Shown piece after piece: positions 52,203 through 64,000 of a DNA stretch of 64,000 nt. A model generated the notes under the pieces. It had not been told where the DNA came from. It worked only from the letters and a program-made list of their open reading frames with translations, and did no database searches. The position numbers and the translations under genes were made by a program. Numbering within the stretch: position 1 is the first letter of the stretch; every line of letters begins with the position of its first letter. This DNA comes from Cycas panzhihuaensis (lineage: Eukaryota; Plantae; Cycadophyta). The stretch spans positions 167,283,741 to 167,347,740 of the forward strand of contig CM041465.1 of NCBI GenBank assembly GCA_023213395.1. Direction: 5' to 3'.

Positions 52203-52841
52203 TCATCGTGGAATGGGACTTGAGTTTATTTTTTCTGTTGAACAATAAAATGGTTAAGATTATAGAAAGTTGAAGAGTGAGAAACGAAGGGATTCAATAG
52301 CTTTTGTGATCGTTATTTTGAGTTTTGATTGATGCATTTATTTAAATTTTTCATTTTTTAAAGTCTCGTGTATGTCTTTTTCGAGCAATCAAAATAGTTG
52401 CATATTCCATTTGAATATCCAACTCTTTGGTTGCTATTTTCTTATGGAAATATGGATTATGTTATATATATATATATATACTCGCAACTTTCTCCTCCGA
52501 CGATATATACGATGCCCTTTACGATCGTTGCTTCTCGTGAAGTACTGACTTCTAAACTTGTACTATGTCAAAGTTTATTATTACAAATTAAATTTTTTTA
52601 AATATTATAGAAGAGTTTATATATAGAGAGAGAGAGATAGAGAGAGATGCTCATGCATTACACTTTAAGAGAGCAATGAACTAGTGTTCTTATCATTTAG
52701 AAGTCATTTTTGTTTTTTTTTCTTTTGTTTTAATGTGAAAATATTTCATAGAACAAGTTGTTTGTTATAGCAAGCTGACTTTTGCTCTCCACATCCTTGA
52801 TTGTGAAAGGGTGTGATGCAATATCTTTAGTTGTTAGGATA

Positions 52842-53114
52842 GAGATGGTGGGAGTAGTGATGCAATATTCCAAAATTTACTTCAAAAGATATTTATAAGT
52901 TGCACTTTTTGTATAAATTTTCCATTATAATTTATCTTGAGTAATATTCAAGGTATTTTCAAAGGAAAAAAACATTGGAAAATACCAAGAATATTATTAT
53001 AGATAAATTATAATAGAAAATTTATAGTTTTATCATATTTCAAAGAGTGCACCTTATAAATACCTCTTGGGATAAAATTTTCATATTGCATCATTCTTCT
53101 TCACCCCCCATCTC
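52842..53114. mobile_element. Long inverted repeat (foldback), MITE-like
   Basis: Arm 52842-52962 pairs with arm 52975-53114 around a 12-nt loop; no clear TSD. Confidence 0.7.
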
Positions 53115-54752
53115 AAAACCTACCTACTTTTTTCTCCCACCTATAGAGATTTCAAATGAATGTCAACATAGTACATTTATGGCATTACCTACATTAGTAG
53201 GCAACTATTAGGATAGCCATCGCTGGTGAAGTGTGGGTCGTAAGAGGAGAGGATAGGCAACATAACCCAATAATACATCCAAAGGATAAGAGGGGTTTGA
53301 TCGAGAGGGGCGTGAGCATATGTTTTTTGCCCAGCATTCATGCATTTGTTATACTCAAATGCAGGTATAAAAGGCCAACATGTTCTAGGCTAGTTGGGGC
53401 GACATGCAGTTGCGTGTGTGGCAAAGGGAAAAAGAAAAGAAAATGTTTGAAAGTAAAGTAAAGAACTGCTATCTAAATAGGCAAATAATGCATATAAGTA
53501 AATGAAGAAGTAGATGTATAAACAAATAGAGGAGTAAACTATAAACTAACTAAAAGCTTTAAGATGAAATCAATCTTTTAATTAGTAATTTGTCATCAGA
53601 AGGATCAAACTGTATTTAAAAGAAGCTCTCACAATATGAGGGTATCACTAAGGTGCATGTGTTTGCACAAGTGTAAGATAATCTAGCAGTGTTTGTATTT
53701 GACTCCAATGAATCTCAAGTTTTAAGAGGAGAAATAGAAAAAGGACATTATTTTCAATGAGATTCACTCAACTATCAACACCCTATGCATGAGAACATGG
53801 TGAAAATATGCATTTCTCACTAGCTCATTCAAAATATGGATTGGAGGACTCAGTATACTTAAAGGCATAAGATCACTTCTTTCATCTAATAATAAAATAT
53901 AGGTAGAAAGGTAGTGATTTCCTCTTTTTGGCAGGAGAATGAACTGTAACTTAAGAAATGCTAAAGAAGTAAATAATAAAACTAATATTGTAACCATAAT
54001 GCACTTTTAATTAAATGTGAATAATATAAAATTAACCTAAAATAGAGATCTATTAGTTCCATGGATTTGAGAACTGAATAAGTGTCAATTTTTTCTCTAT
54101 TTTGGCTTTCATAAAGCACACACAAAGATAAAAAAGCATATAATATAATGTAATGCAATGGGATGCAATGTTTCTTCACACTCTTTTCTCAAAATTTTAA
54201 TTCTCTTTTTCATTTGTAAATGAAACTAATTAAATATGAGGTGAAAAGAAGTAAGCAGATATGACGAATAGGCAAGCAAAGTCCTCTTTTTTTTTTGTTT
54301 TCAAATGAAAATATAAAATTGAAATATGTGATTTGTAAGCTTATTTATTTTCAAATGAAATCTACGAGATGAAGGTTTTGAGAGAAAAACTTAAGATTTA
54401 TTTTAAATATACCTACAAACCTCTTAGAAATACAAAGCCTCACAATGTCCATGCCACCAAATGACTCAAATTAAGTTAGTTGCATGCACCTAATTTTGAT
54501 AGCATTTTTGTTTACTAAAGAGAATTCTAATAGAGAAAAAATTTAAAGATTCTTCTACTTTACTCTAAAAACCTCCAATCTACAAGATAACAAGTTAGAT
54601 CATTCCTCCACTTATTAGATTAGTACCATGCAATATAATCTTAAAATTCAACAAATAAAAGATATTATAAACTAAAAGAAAGGAATAATCTAAAGCTAAA
54701 CACAAGTTAATGTAAAAGAAAACTTAGAATTTATAACATTGCCACCATTTTT

Positions 54753-55894
54753 TGAGTTCAATGGATAATATTAAGCCTTTATTCTTTTTACAAGACACTC
54801 ACATAATGGAGAAGTGAAATGTGCAAAAGATTCAATAGAAATCAATCAAAAGGAAAACATAAAATAATTTAAAAACTAAAGAAAATAAATAATTGGAAAA
54901 GAAAGGTAAATCCCAATAGTATGGGGAGTGTTGCCTCAATTCTTAGTGAAGGAGAGGTGCTTGTAATATACAACTCTAATGAAAGAGGTCTCCAACAGAT
55001 GTTAGTCTATGATCTCCAAGCCAAAGGTGGAAACCAACAAGTAAGTTGTAAAAGTAAGTAAAAGTCTACTAAATTTTTTATAGCATTCTAGCAACATAAT
55101 ATTGTAAATTTTTTGGCTTCTCATTTAGTCAAATGATAGGGGTTTAAATAGAAAATAGAAGGGGCAAGCTCCATGGTATTAGGCTGATAGCTTGCTTGAA
55201 AAGTATGAGCAAATTGTCTATAGTTGTGGTGCTAATTAATTTTAGATTATTAATTGGCCTATGGTTTGGGTCAAAACCTATGGACAACCCATAATTTTAA
55301 TTGGATTTTATAAATAGCCTACAATTGGGTGCCATAAATACATGGCCAACCATGGGTTAAAATTTTTTAAAATTCAAAATATTCATTTCATAAAGCTTAT
55401 TACAATACCACAAAGTTATACTCTACGTACCATGAAGGTTCTAAAATTGATAAAACAAATAGAAATCAGGGTAATATTGATGAAAATTAGAATGGGATGA
55501 GAAAGAATTAAGGATGGATAGACATAAATCACAATGGGATGGTGGCAAATATTTAGAAAAGTATTAGTTTTGATGATAAATATGTTAAGAAAGTAATCCA
55601 ATCATAGCAATGTTACAAACATAAACAAAAGAAGGACAAGAAGTGTTTATAGAGGTACTAAAAGGTATTTCTACAGTCCATCAAGCTCGAGTGGATAACT
55701 TTTATAGCCACTAACTATGGTTAGAAACATTATCAACTAAGTACTCATATACCTATCTACAAGAACAACAAGAAACCAGTAATACATGTTTATATACAAT
55801 AAATTAAGCTAAAATTTAAAATAAAATTATGAAGCATATTCCTTTACTTACTTATTAGTGCGATGATTGTGAACTTCCTAAATTGTGAGAAATA
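54753..55894 (-). repeat. Putative LTR (possibly the 3' LTR of the Gypsy element to the right)
   Basis: PPT-like AAGAGGGC at 55898-55905 (-). TATA-like CTATTTAAACC at 55141-55151 (-). CA end at 54753 followed by a PBS-like TGGTGGCA. No second copy in the window. Confidence 0.3.
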
Positions 55895-57364
55895 ATTGCC
55901 CTCTTAGCAGTAGAACCTCTTTAGACATTGGCTACAAGATGGCGAATCCTATTAACAATACCATATATAGATTATTCACGTGCCTATGAAAATAAAAGAA
56001 GATGGTAGTTTACCATAGTTTAGACTCCTTGGCAGGTGTTTAGTTGCCCTTAGTTTAACCTCATTGGTAAAAACTTCAAAGGTGTCTTGAAGAGGGTGGA
56101 GATTAGGCTTATGGTCTAATCAAACCATGATAAGCTTGATAGCCATAGAAACACATAAATGAATAAAAATGGGTCACCATAGTTTATCTTCTTTAATGTC
56201 TATTTTTAAAGCAATCTTAGGTGCCTGAGGGTTATCTTAGTGGCCAGTTCGGTGTTGGGCTCAAAAGATAGGGGTTGGACTTAGAAGTTAAAGGTTGTCA
56301 TCCCACTTTAGCCTCATCAATGAGTGCCCTTTAGAGTAGGAGTTATTTGGGCTCTTTTCACAGTAATTTTGAACAAAAGCATGAGGGGTTGCCTCAAATG
56401 CTAAAAGTTGACCTTGAGTTTAGGAATGATCACCATAGATTAGCCTTGTTAGGAATTTTTTTTTTTAGAGGAAGGAGTTAGTTAGTCTAATCTTAAAGCT
56501 ATGTGTTTAAGTTTTTGAACTTCATAATTTTTTGGATTTTGTTTTCTCAAAGCAACAAACTACAGAAAAAAGAGAAAAGACTTAAAAGAAATCCATTGAA
56601 AGAAAGTTCACAGTAGGCAGAATGCTAGGGATTACCCCCTTCCAAACACCCTAGTGGGATGATGTCTTCAAGTTAGGTAGTAGTTTAAACTCATGTTAGA
56701 GCTAGTTTCAGTTTAGACTTATAGTGGAGTATATATATATATATATATAGATATATATAAGTTTTTGACATTTAAAAAGTAAACAAGTTGGGGAAAATAG
56801 ATAAAATGCACATCGCATAAATATAGAAAGATCTAAAATAAGGATGATATAAGGGGATTTCTTATTTTTAGTCAACCATAATAGGGTTGATATTTACAAA
56901 TTTATAAGGAAGTTTAAGGGGGGATGGTTTTGCTCATGGTAGAGCATTGCGTGACATGATAGGTACAAGGGACTGGCATACTAGATAGTCATGAAACATT
57001 TCAATGACTTGAATATTATAGTTTAACCTCATTAATGAATGATTTAGAGGGGACTTTGGGTTGTGCCTAGCATCGTTGGGCCACCATACTTTAATCTCTT
57101 TAGCAACTATGGGTTTAGAGAGAATTTCTTCAGTTCTAGCTCTTGATGGATTACAAATAGTTTTATGCTCATTTCAGAGCATCGATCCTACTTGTATTCT
57201 TAGAGTACATTGTAGTTTATGCTCTTTTTGGAGAGCAAAGTAGTTTATCCTTATTTTAGAGTGTAAATGCCAATATAAGCTCATGCTAAAGTAACTAATA
57301 GTTTAGGCTCATTTTAGAGAAAGTCATAGTTTATGCTTATTTTAAAATAAAGGCAACAATGTTG

Positions 57365-60300
57365 TCAATTAAAGGATGTTTTAAGAAACTATCCATTGAT
57401 AGACTTCTCAAACTCGAGGCCTTCTACAGTGGCAATTCAATATGCACTATTCAAAGGATGTTTTAAGATGATGAATGTGCGAACCCCTTTTGGAGTCAAC
57501 TTTGGGAGATGGTCATGTAAGTATTCAAACTTAAGAATCTTATCTCCAAGGGTAAATTTTTAGGGTTGTAGACGTTTATCATGGGCCCCTTGAGATTTGG
57601 CTTTAAAAGATAAATTTTGCTAATATGTGGTGAGGCAATTTTTATCTAAGTCTTATAAGTCAAGAAGATATGCTTGACAACACCACTCTTTATTAATAAA
57701 ATCTTTTATTGACACCTTAAAGATGGAATATCTACTTCAAGTTGAAGGACTACTTTTGACCCATAGATTAGGAAAAATGGTGTCATACTTCTGGTAGTCT
57801 ATACGGACGTATGATATGCCCATAGGGTAAGATAAAGTTATTGATGGAAGTCTTATTAAGATTTGGATACTATTTTCTTCAAGATTATAATCAATATCAT
57901 GTTAAATGCCTTGACTTGCTCATTTGCCTAATGATAATAAAGTGACGAGGTCTTATAATTGATATGCCATTTGTCGCATAGTTCATCAATCTCTTTATTA
58001 CAAAATGGGATTCCATTATCTATGATCAAGACACCTTAGACCCCAAAATGACAAGTAATATATTAAAAGATGAATATGACAATAATTTTACCCATTGCTG
58101 ACAAAAGAGGAATTGCTTCTATCCACTTTGTAAAGTAATTTGTCATAGTCAAGGTGAACTTATGCTACGAAGAGGATGGGTGTGTGATAGCTCCAATTAA
58201 GTCCAAGCCCCATTGAGAGAAAGGCTAAGGCAAATTGATGGAATGTGGAGCCTCAAAATGTTGGTGCATGATGTTGGAATTCTCTTGGCACCTCTCGTAT
58301 TAGAGTAGGCTAGAAGAAACCCATTTATAGGTTTCTCTATACCATTGATCATCCATGAAAGTGGCCTCCACAGAGATTGTCATGGTAGTTATAGAGAAAC
58401 CAATGTATTTCTTTAGGATTAAAATATTTCAAGAGAACTCCTTTAAATAATCATTTAAAAAGGGTGTCACAAATGAGAAAGTATCGTTGAGTAGTAGCCC
58501 TTACATATTATTTCACTTTATCACTCGCATCTTTGGGATACACTTGATGGACTAAGTAGTAAACAATGCCGCCATATCATTCATTATTAATTAGTCTTTA
58601 TCCTATGGTTTGCATAAGGGGCATGATGGTTTTATTAGGTAGAGAATCGTCAATAGGGATGTACATTAGGTTATGGAGGGGTGTGTGAGCTAATTGCTTT
58701 GTTGCAACCATCCTTTTCTTAGACATTCTATAGACAATTTATAGGCCATACTCTTATAGGAGGATAACACACTTCCTTACTCATCCTATGAGATCTAATT
58801 TTATCCTTAGAAAGCATAGAAGATTGGACAATCTTTTAGTGGCAAACACAAGTGTAAAGTATTCTTTCTCTAGAGGAGTGTAGTTAAGATCTACGATAAT
58901 GAGGGTGCAACTAATAAAATATACTACATGCTCCACTCCTAAATTATCCTCTTAGGTTAGCATGGCCCCAATAAACTCACATGTGGATGACATATATAGA
59001 ATAAAGGGTTTGTCCAATGTATGGGGGTGTGAGTATGGTGATAGAAACTATGCTGCATTTAACTTTGCCAAAGGCAATTTGTACTACTAGTGGCCAAACA
59101 AATGGGCTCTCTATTTTAACGAGGTTTATTAGGGGTTTGCCATTCATGGAAAAGTTTTTTAAGAAATGCCTCAAGAAGCCAAGTAAGCCAAGAAAACATT
59201 TAATTTATTTTTATGTCTAAGGTAGGGGCATCTCCAAGATGGCCCTTACTTTGTCAAGGTCAACTTTAATATCTTTTTGGTATATGAAAAAACTTGGAAG
59301 CTTTCTTACTATAACTACTAATATACACTTATGCAAGTTCAAACTAATGTGGATTCTTTTGCACCTCAAGAATGTTTTTTTGAGATTAGTAGGGTGGTCT
59401 CTCCTTTTACATGATAGGTTGAGTAAATCATATATGATCATATGAAAAATTTTATTGGTAAGATCATGGAAAATGAAGTGCATGGCATACTGGTACATTG
59501 CACCAATATTTTTAAGACCAAATAGTATTGCTATATAAGTAAACGTGCCCCTTGGAGTCATAAAGGTTATTTTGTGATGATCCTTAGAGGAGATATAAAT
59601 CTAATTATAGCCTAAGAAGCCATTCATAGGGGACATAACTTCATACCCTATTGTCCTATCTATAATTTAATTAATGAAGGAAAGGGAGAAGTTGTCCTTA
59701 GGGTATACATTATTGATATCTCTAAAATTGATGAAAATGTAAATTACCCTATTTTTCTTTACAATTAGGATGATGTTAGAGACCTAATGTAGATAGTTAA
59801 TTAATGTGATTAGACCCACATTATAAAGCTTCTGGACCTCTATCTTGATAGTGGTTGAAATCTTAGGGTGGATAGGGCATTGTTTTTGCCTTATAAGTTT
59901 GGCTCTGGGAATAGTTGTAAGGCTGTGGGTGACGATCTTGAGACTTATGCCCTTCATGTCATCATAATCCCATTGAAAACATCTTGGATCTCTCAGAAGA
60001 GCTTCATGTATTCCACTATTTCTTTAGGATAACATTATGCCCCTACTTGTATGATCTTACTAGGGTTGATGGTAGTGTCAATAGTTCCTACCATGAGGAG
60101 GATGTTCCCCTCCTTAAAATGAGGAGTAGCTTGATCTATAGGTGGATCTAAAATAGTTTGAGTAATTGTAGGCTTAGCTAAAGGGGAACCAATAGTGAGG
60201 TGCTTTTAAAATCCCAACTTGTGGTGATTTAGAGGAAGATTAGGGGACTTCCCTACATGGTGCTCTAGTAATACTTCATTATTTTTAAAAGCAATCTATC

Positions 60301-62700
60301 CTATCAATGACCTTTTACTAAGAAATAGGTTCTTGATTTTGCATTTGAGGGTTGGCACATTGGTCAACCCACCAATCAAAGAAGCAAAGTGGGTATTTTA
60401 AAGAGGAAGAGTCTTAACACTAGTGCCATATATGACTCACTTCCATAGGGAATTGGTCAAGGGAAATGGAGGGCTAGTTGGTCTCAGGCTTTTGGTTAAA
60501 ATCTAAGGGACCTATTAGTTCATTGGGAAGGATGATGGAGGAGTATTATAAATGATAAATTCATTATGTAAGAAGGTGGAGTTAGACTTAATATCTGAGT
60601 TGTAAATTGGAGGTATTAGAAATAGATCAACTTACACGAACACTAGATTAGAAAGTCCTAAATATGATAGATTATATTAATGGTTCATAGTGGAGGGGTG
60701 AGGTTTTCATCCTTTCTCAAGGGAATGTTATTGTAAATCTATTTGAGAATTATAGTAACATAATGGGCATGGGTACCAAGTCATGTTTGGTGGATCTTAG
60801 AACTTTTAACCATCATTTAAAGGTCAATAGTTTGGTGGGCTTAGGTCTCAAAAACCCACAACATCTCATTTAGGTGGGTAACTACCCACGAGGCTTCCAT
60901 AGGGTAGGTGGATTAGGGAGTGAATTGAGAGGAAGGTGGAACTACAACTTGCGTCTTAATATTCTCCTCAAAAAAGTCTAAGTGGTAAGCATGGATGAGT
61001 TGATGTAAGTGTCGCATAAGCCAAGCTTACTAGAAAGGGGAAACCTTATAGGTTGAGGGGAATAAAGGTAGGGATTTAGGATTTTCCAAAAGGTCTCATT
61101 GGGGCTCAGGTAGAGGAGGGACCATTTAAAAAGGACTAAAAGTAGGGGGAGTATATTTGGGGACTGCATCCCCTTAGATATAGCATAATATTATAACTTA
61201 GCATGTAGGAAGTCTTTTATCTTTTTGGTCAAATTTGTAGTCACTAAGGATGGCTAAATACCTATAGATACCCATGTTGATTAGAGCAAAGTGGACTAGG
61301 TTGGGTCCTAGAGATGGAAGGTCTTGATCAAATTAAATACCTAAGTCTTGAAAAAGACACTTAAGTGATGGGTCCTATTTAACTTCCTTCTTATCCTTAA
61401 TATCAAAAATAGCTTGAATAATAGAGTGGGATAAGTAAGGAGATGGTGGTTTCTATATAACATTATATATTCTTCCATTATAGATATACTTTAGTTATCC
61501 CCACAAGAAATAGTAGACTACCCTCATTTAGTCCAACCGAGGACATCCCAAAAAGAGGTTATAATTGAGATTAATATTAAGAACCATAATCTTGGTGAGA
61601 ATGGTTTTATTCTCAAAGGTGAGGGGGATGGTAACTATTCCAAGGGGGGCTTTTCATTTCCATCATACCCCTAGCATTTCCAAGGAATGAGTTCAAGGGC
61701 CCTAATGTTAAGTTTCTCAAGCATTTAGATGGGCATGGTATTAACCAAGGATCCATTATCTACTATAGTTATCTTAAGGGAAAACTTTGGAGTCTCGATC
61801 ATAAAAACAAAGGGGAAGTACCAAAGGTTCTCCTACTCTTTTAGAGATAGAAGGCCCTCTAGGTCAAAGGTAATAATTAGTTAGCCCATAAGTTTGATAT
61901 GAACTTGGTGGATAGGAACTTCTTTATACTTTAAGACTTCTAGAAGTAGGTTTTATTAATCAGGAGAGATTTATAGGATGTCCATCATAGACATACCCAT
62001 AAAGATATTATAGAGATCCTTAATAATTTATAATATCTTCTCCTTTCTAATGGATTAAGGAAAGACCCTTCTTAAGTCATATCAATAAGGGTGGACAATC
62101 GTGGTCTTGGGAAAAATGGGGATGTTTAGGGGATGTAGATCAATAGGTGGTTGTTGGGATGGGAAGACCCTTTTAACCTCCTTTACTACTTGAGTTTAGG
62201 TTGTGGTGAATACTTGAATGGTCTCAAGTATTTAGATCACTCTTTTGCTCTTGCCATTATAGCATCGGGTGGCTTTGGAGGACTCTTAGTACTTTGATGA
62301 ATAACTTATTAGTTTAAGTGGGGATTTATATTTGGATTAGTTTGACGATAAACTAGGTGGTTGTCGTCTTTCTTCTTTGAGGCTGGAGTCTTCCCCTTCC
62401 TCACTAGGTTTTCTATTGAACTTGAGGCTTGAGTGTTTCATAATTTGAGAATGGGTCCTAAAGGACTAGCTACTCAGATTAGGTTTAGACATAAGTTGAG
62501 ATGGGCGATCCTATGGTAATACCATCTTGGGATGTTAGGTCCAATAATGAGTCTCATTATGAGTGCAATTATGATGGATGGAAAACCACCTCTTTTGAAA
62601 GGGTTAGGGGTTCTTCTTCTCTTAAGGAAGGACAATATGGATACCCTTAGTTTGAGGAGAATTTTGTATTACTTAGTGAACTAAAATATACCCATGTAAG
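57365..62700 (-). pseudogene. Decayed Ty3/gypsy (Tat/Athila clade) pol; the element probably extends past the right window edge
   Basis: PR IVDNGSLVNTMP (~61760) and YNLFLG; RT TPRGTFTYIAILFGLKNIGAMYQ..M..IFHD (ORF 59217-59561); RH; INT HDNLCGGHF...GFF*PTL, WGLDL, DNG.PF; C-terminal SING*FLK ending at ~57365. Confidence 0.85.
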
Positions 62701-64000
62701 GGAATAGGCAACTCTAATTGGCTTTGAGCTAGTTGAAATTTAAGCTCTTATACCACTTGCTCGAATGAGTGAACTACATAAGTAAGATAATCCATGGTCC
62801 TATCATGGTTATCAACTAGAATCCTAGGAGCTTATGGCTAAGGCCTTTGGTCTGGTGGTACTGGTAGTGCCTTACATCATGAAAAAACTTTATTCATATT
62901 TTTAAAACTTGCTTAGATATTAATGGGTTCTAGAGCATGACATTTTATAATTATATAATCACACGTAGTAGTGCCTATTTTATACACTTTTACATGGACC
63001 TTAGGATTAAGAACATTCATAAATATGTCTCATTTAAAATCTCTAGGTAGAGTAGGATTAAATGAGTATAATAGATTATGAAAGTAGTGGATGTGGGCTT
63101 GTTTGAGAGAGAGACGGGCTTTAGCTCCACTCTCAAAGGGATATTAAAATGCTCCAAAAGGTTGGGGTCATAGGACAGTTACACTTTGGGATATGATGTG
63201 AGACCTAGGGTGTGGAATCTCATGAGTATAAACAAATCTTATGATACCAACTTTAGGCATTCATGCACTTCTTAAGCATGGTGTTAAGGGAATAAGAATT
63301 ATCTACCTAAGAGACTAAACTAAGGGTTGGTCATATAAGGTTCATGCAAATGGGAGTCAGTTATCACATAACCTAATGTAAGCTATATGCTTTTTTATTT
63401 TGAATAAATACAATTAATTCCCTAATGCTAGCCCTTTTAGCATATCCTCTCACAGTTTTAGGACTCGTAACAACATGGTCCCTCCTCGCATCTTGGGTTT
63501 ATAACAAGACAAACAAGTGCTCAATTTAACTCCCTACTTCTATGATGTAATGCACGTGTAAATAGTAAAGGAATAAAATGAAACTATTCCTTTCTTTATT
63601 TTTTTAGGTGGTGGATAAGGGTAGAGATACTAATCTTTTCTCTTTTTTATTCCTTTTTATCATTCTCTTTTTTTTTTTTAGGTTAAAAAAAGAGAGAGAA
63701 AGGAGAAAAGGGGGGACAAGAAAGTAAACTATAATACCTCTTTCCTTTTTCTTCTCTTTTTTTCCTTTTTCTTCTTTTTTTTCCTTCTTGATAAAGGAAA
63801 TAAAATAAGCGAGCAAAGAAACCCCTTTGCTCTTTTCTTTTCTTTTTTTTTTTGAAAGAAAGAAACAAGTAATAAAGCTTAATCCTCTTTTTTTTTTTTT
63901 TAAGATACAATGCAAGTAAGAAGTCAAATAGATTAAATCACACCTAGCAACAAGTAGGTAGGAGTAGCTTATATTCCCTTATAACAAGTTATTAGTGCTC

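Noticed and set aside
57371-57468. 16-bp repeat aaaggatgttttaaga in the integrase C-terminus
   Set aside because: The frame reads continuously through a GPF-like module; the repeat is likely coincidental
63604-63927. Lys-rich ORFs
   Set aside because: Low-complexity T-rich tract in a probable retrotransposon leader
1-64000. CRISPR arrays, rRNA or tRNA genes, prokaryotic operons
   Set aside because: None seen; tRNA-like matches are only retrotransposon primer-binding sites

Overview
Eukaryotic plant nuclear DNA: AT-rich and dominated by old, C>T/G>A-decayed LTR retrotransposons. This pattern suggests a large, heavily methylated genome such as a gymnosperm (inference only). There is one intact host gene: a two-exon, non-RD LRR receptor-like kinase of the LRR-XII (EFR/XA21/FLS2-like) type at 47957-51304 (+), about 1083 aa. 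Upstream lie four primary LTR-element insertions whose ends, PBS, PPT and target-site duplications (TSDs) I could resolve: Copia 6481-17046 (-), Copia 18601-26391 (+), chromovirus Gypsy 27803-39379 (+) and a gag-only non-autonomous element 39873-43477 (+). Three further insertions are nested in them: a 2.56-kb GC/CpG-rich solo LTR at 7237-9794, a 2.2-kb pol-less LTR element at 20897-23074, and a Tnt1/Tork-like Copia at 28734-33982. Decayed Tat/Ogre-like Gypsy elements run off both ends of the window. Near the gene are a tandemly duplicated, modular upstream region, a downstream CpG-retaining island with a palindromic double W-box, and a ~270-bp foldback hairpin. I found no clearly new biological system. 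The best candidates for something undescribed are the non-autonomous LTR elements, the solo-LTR family, a decayed antisense ORF in a Copia leader, and the APEY>APEC change in the kinase.
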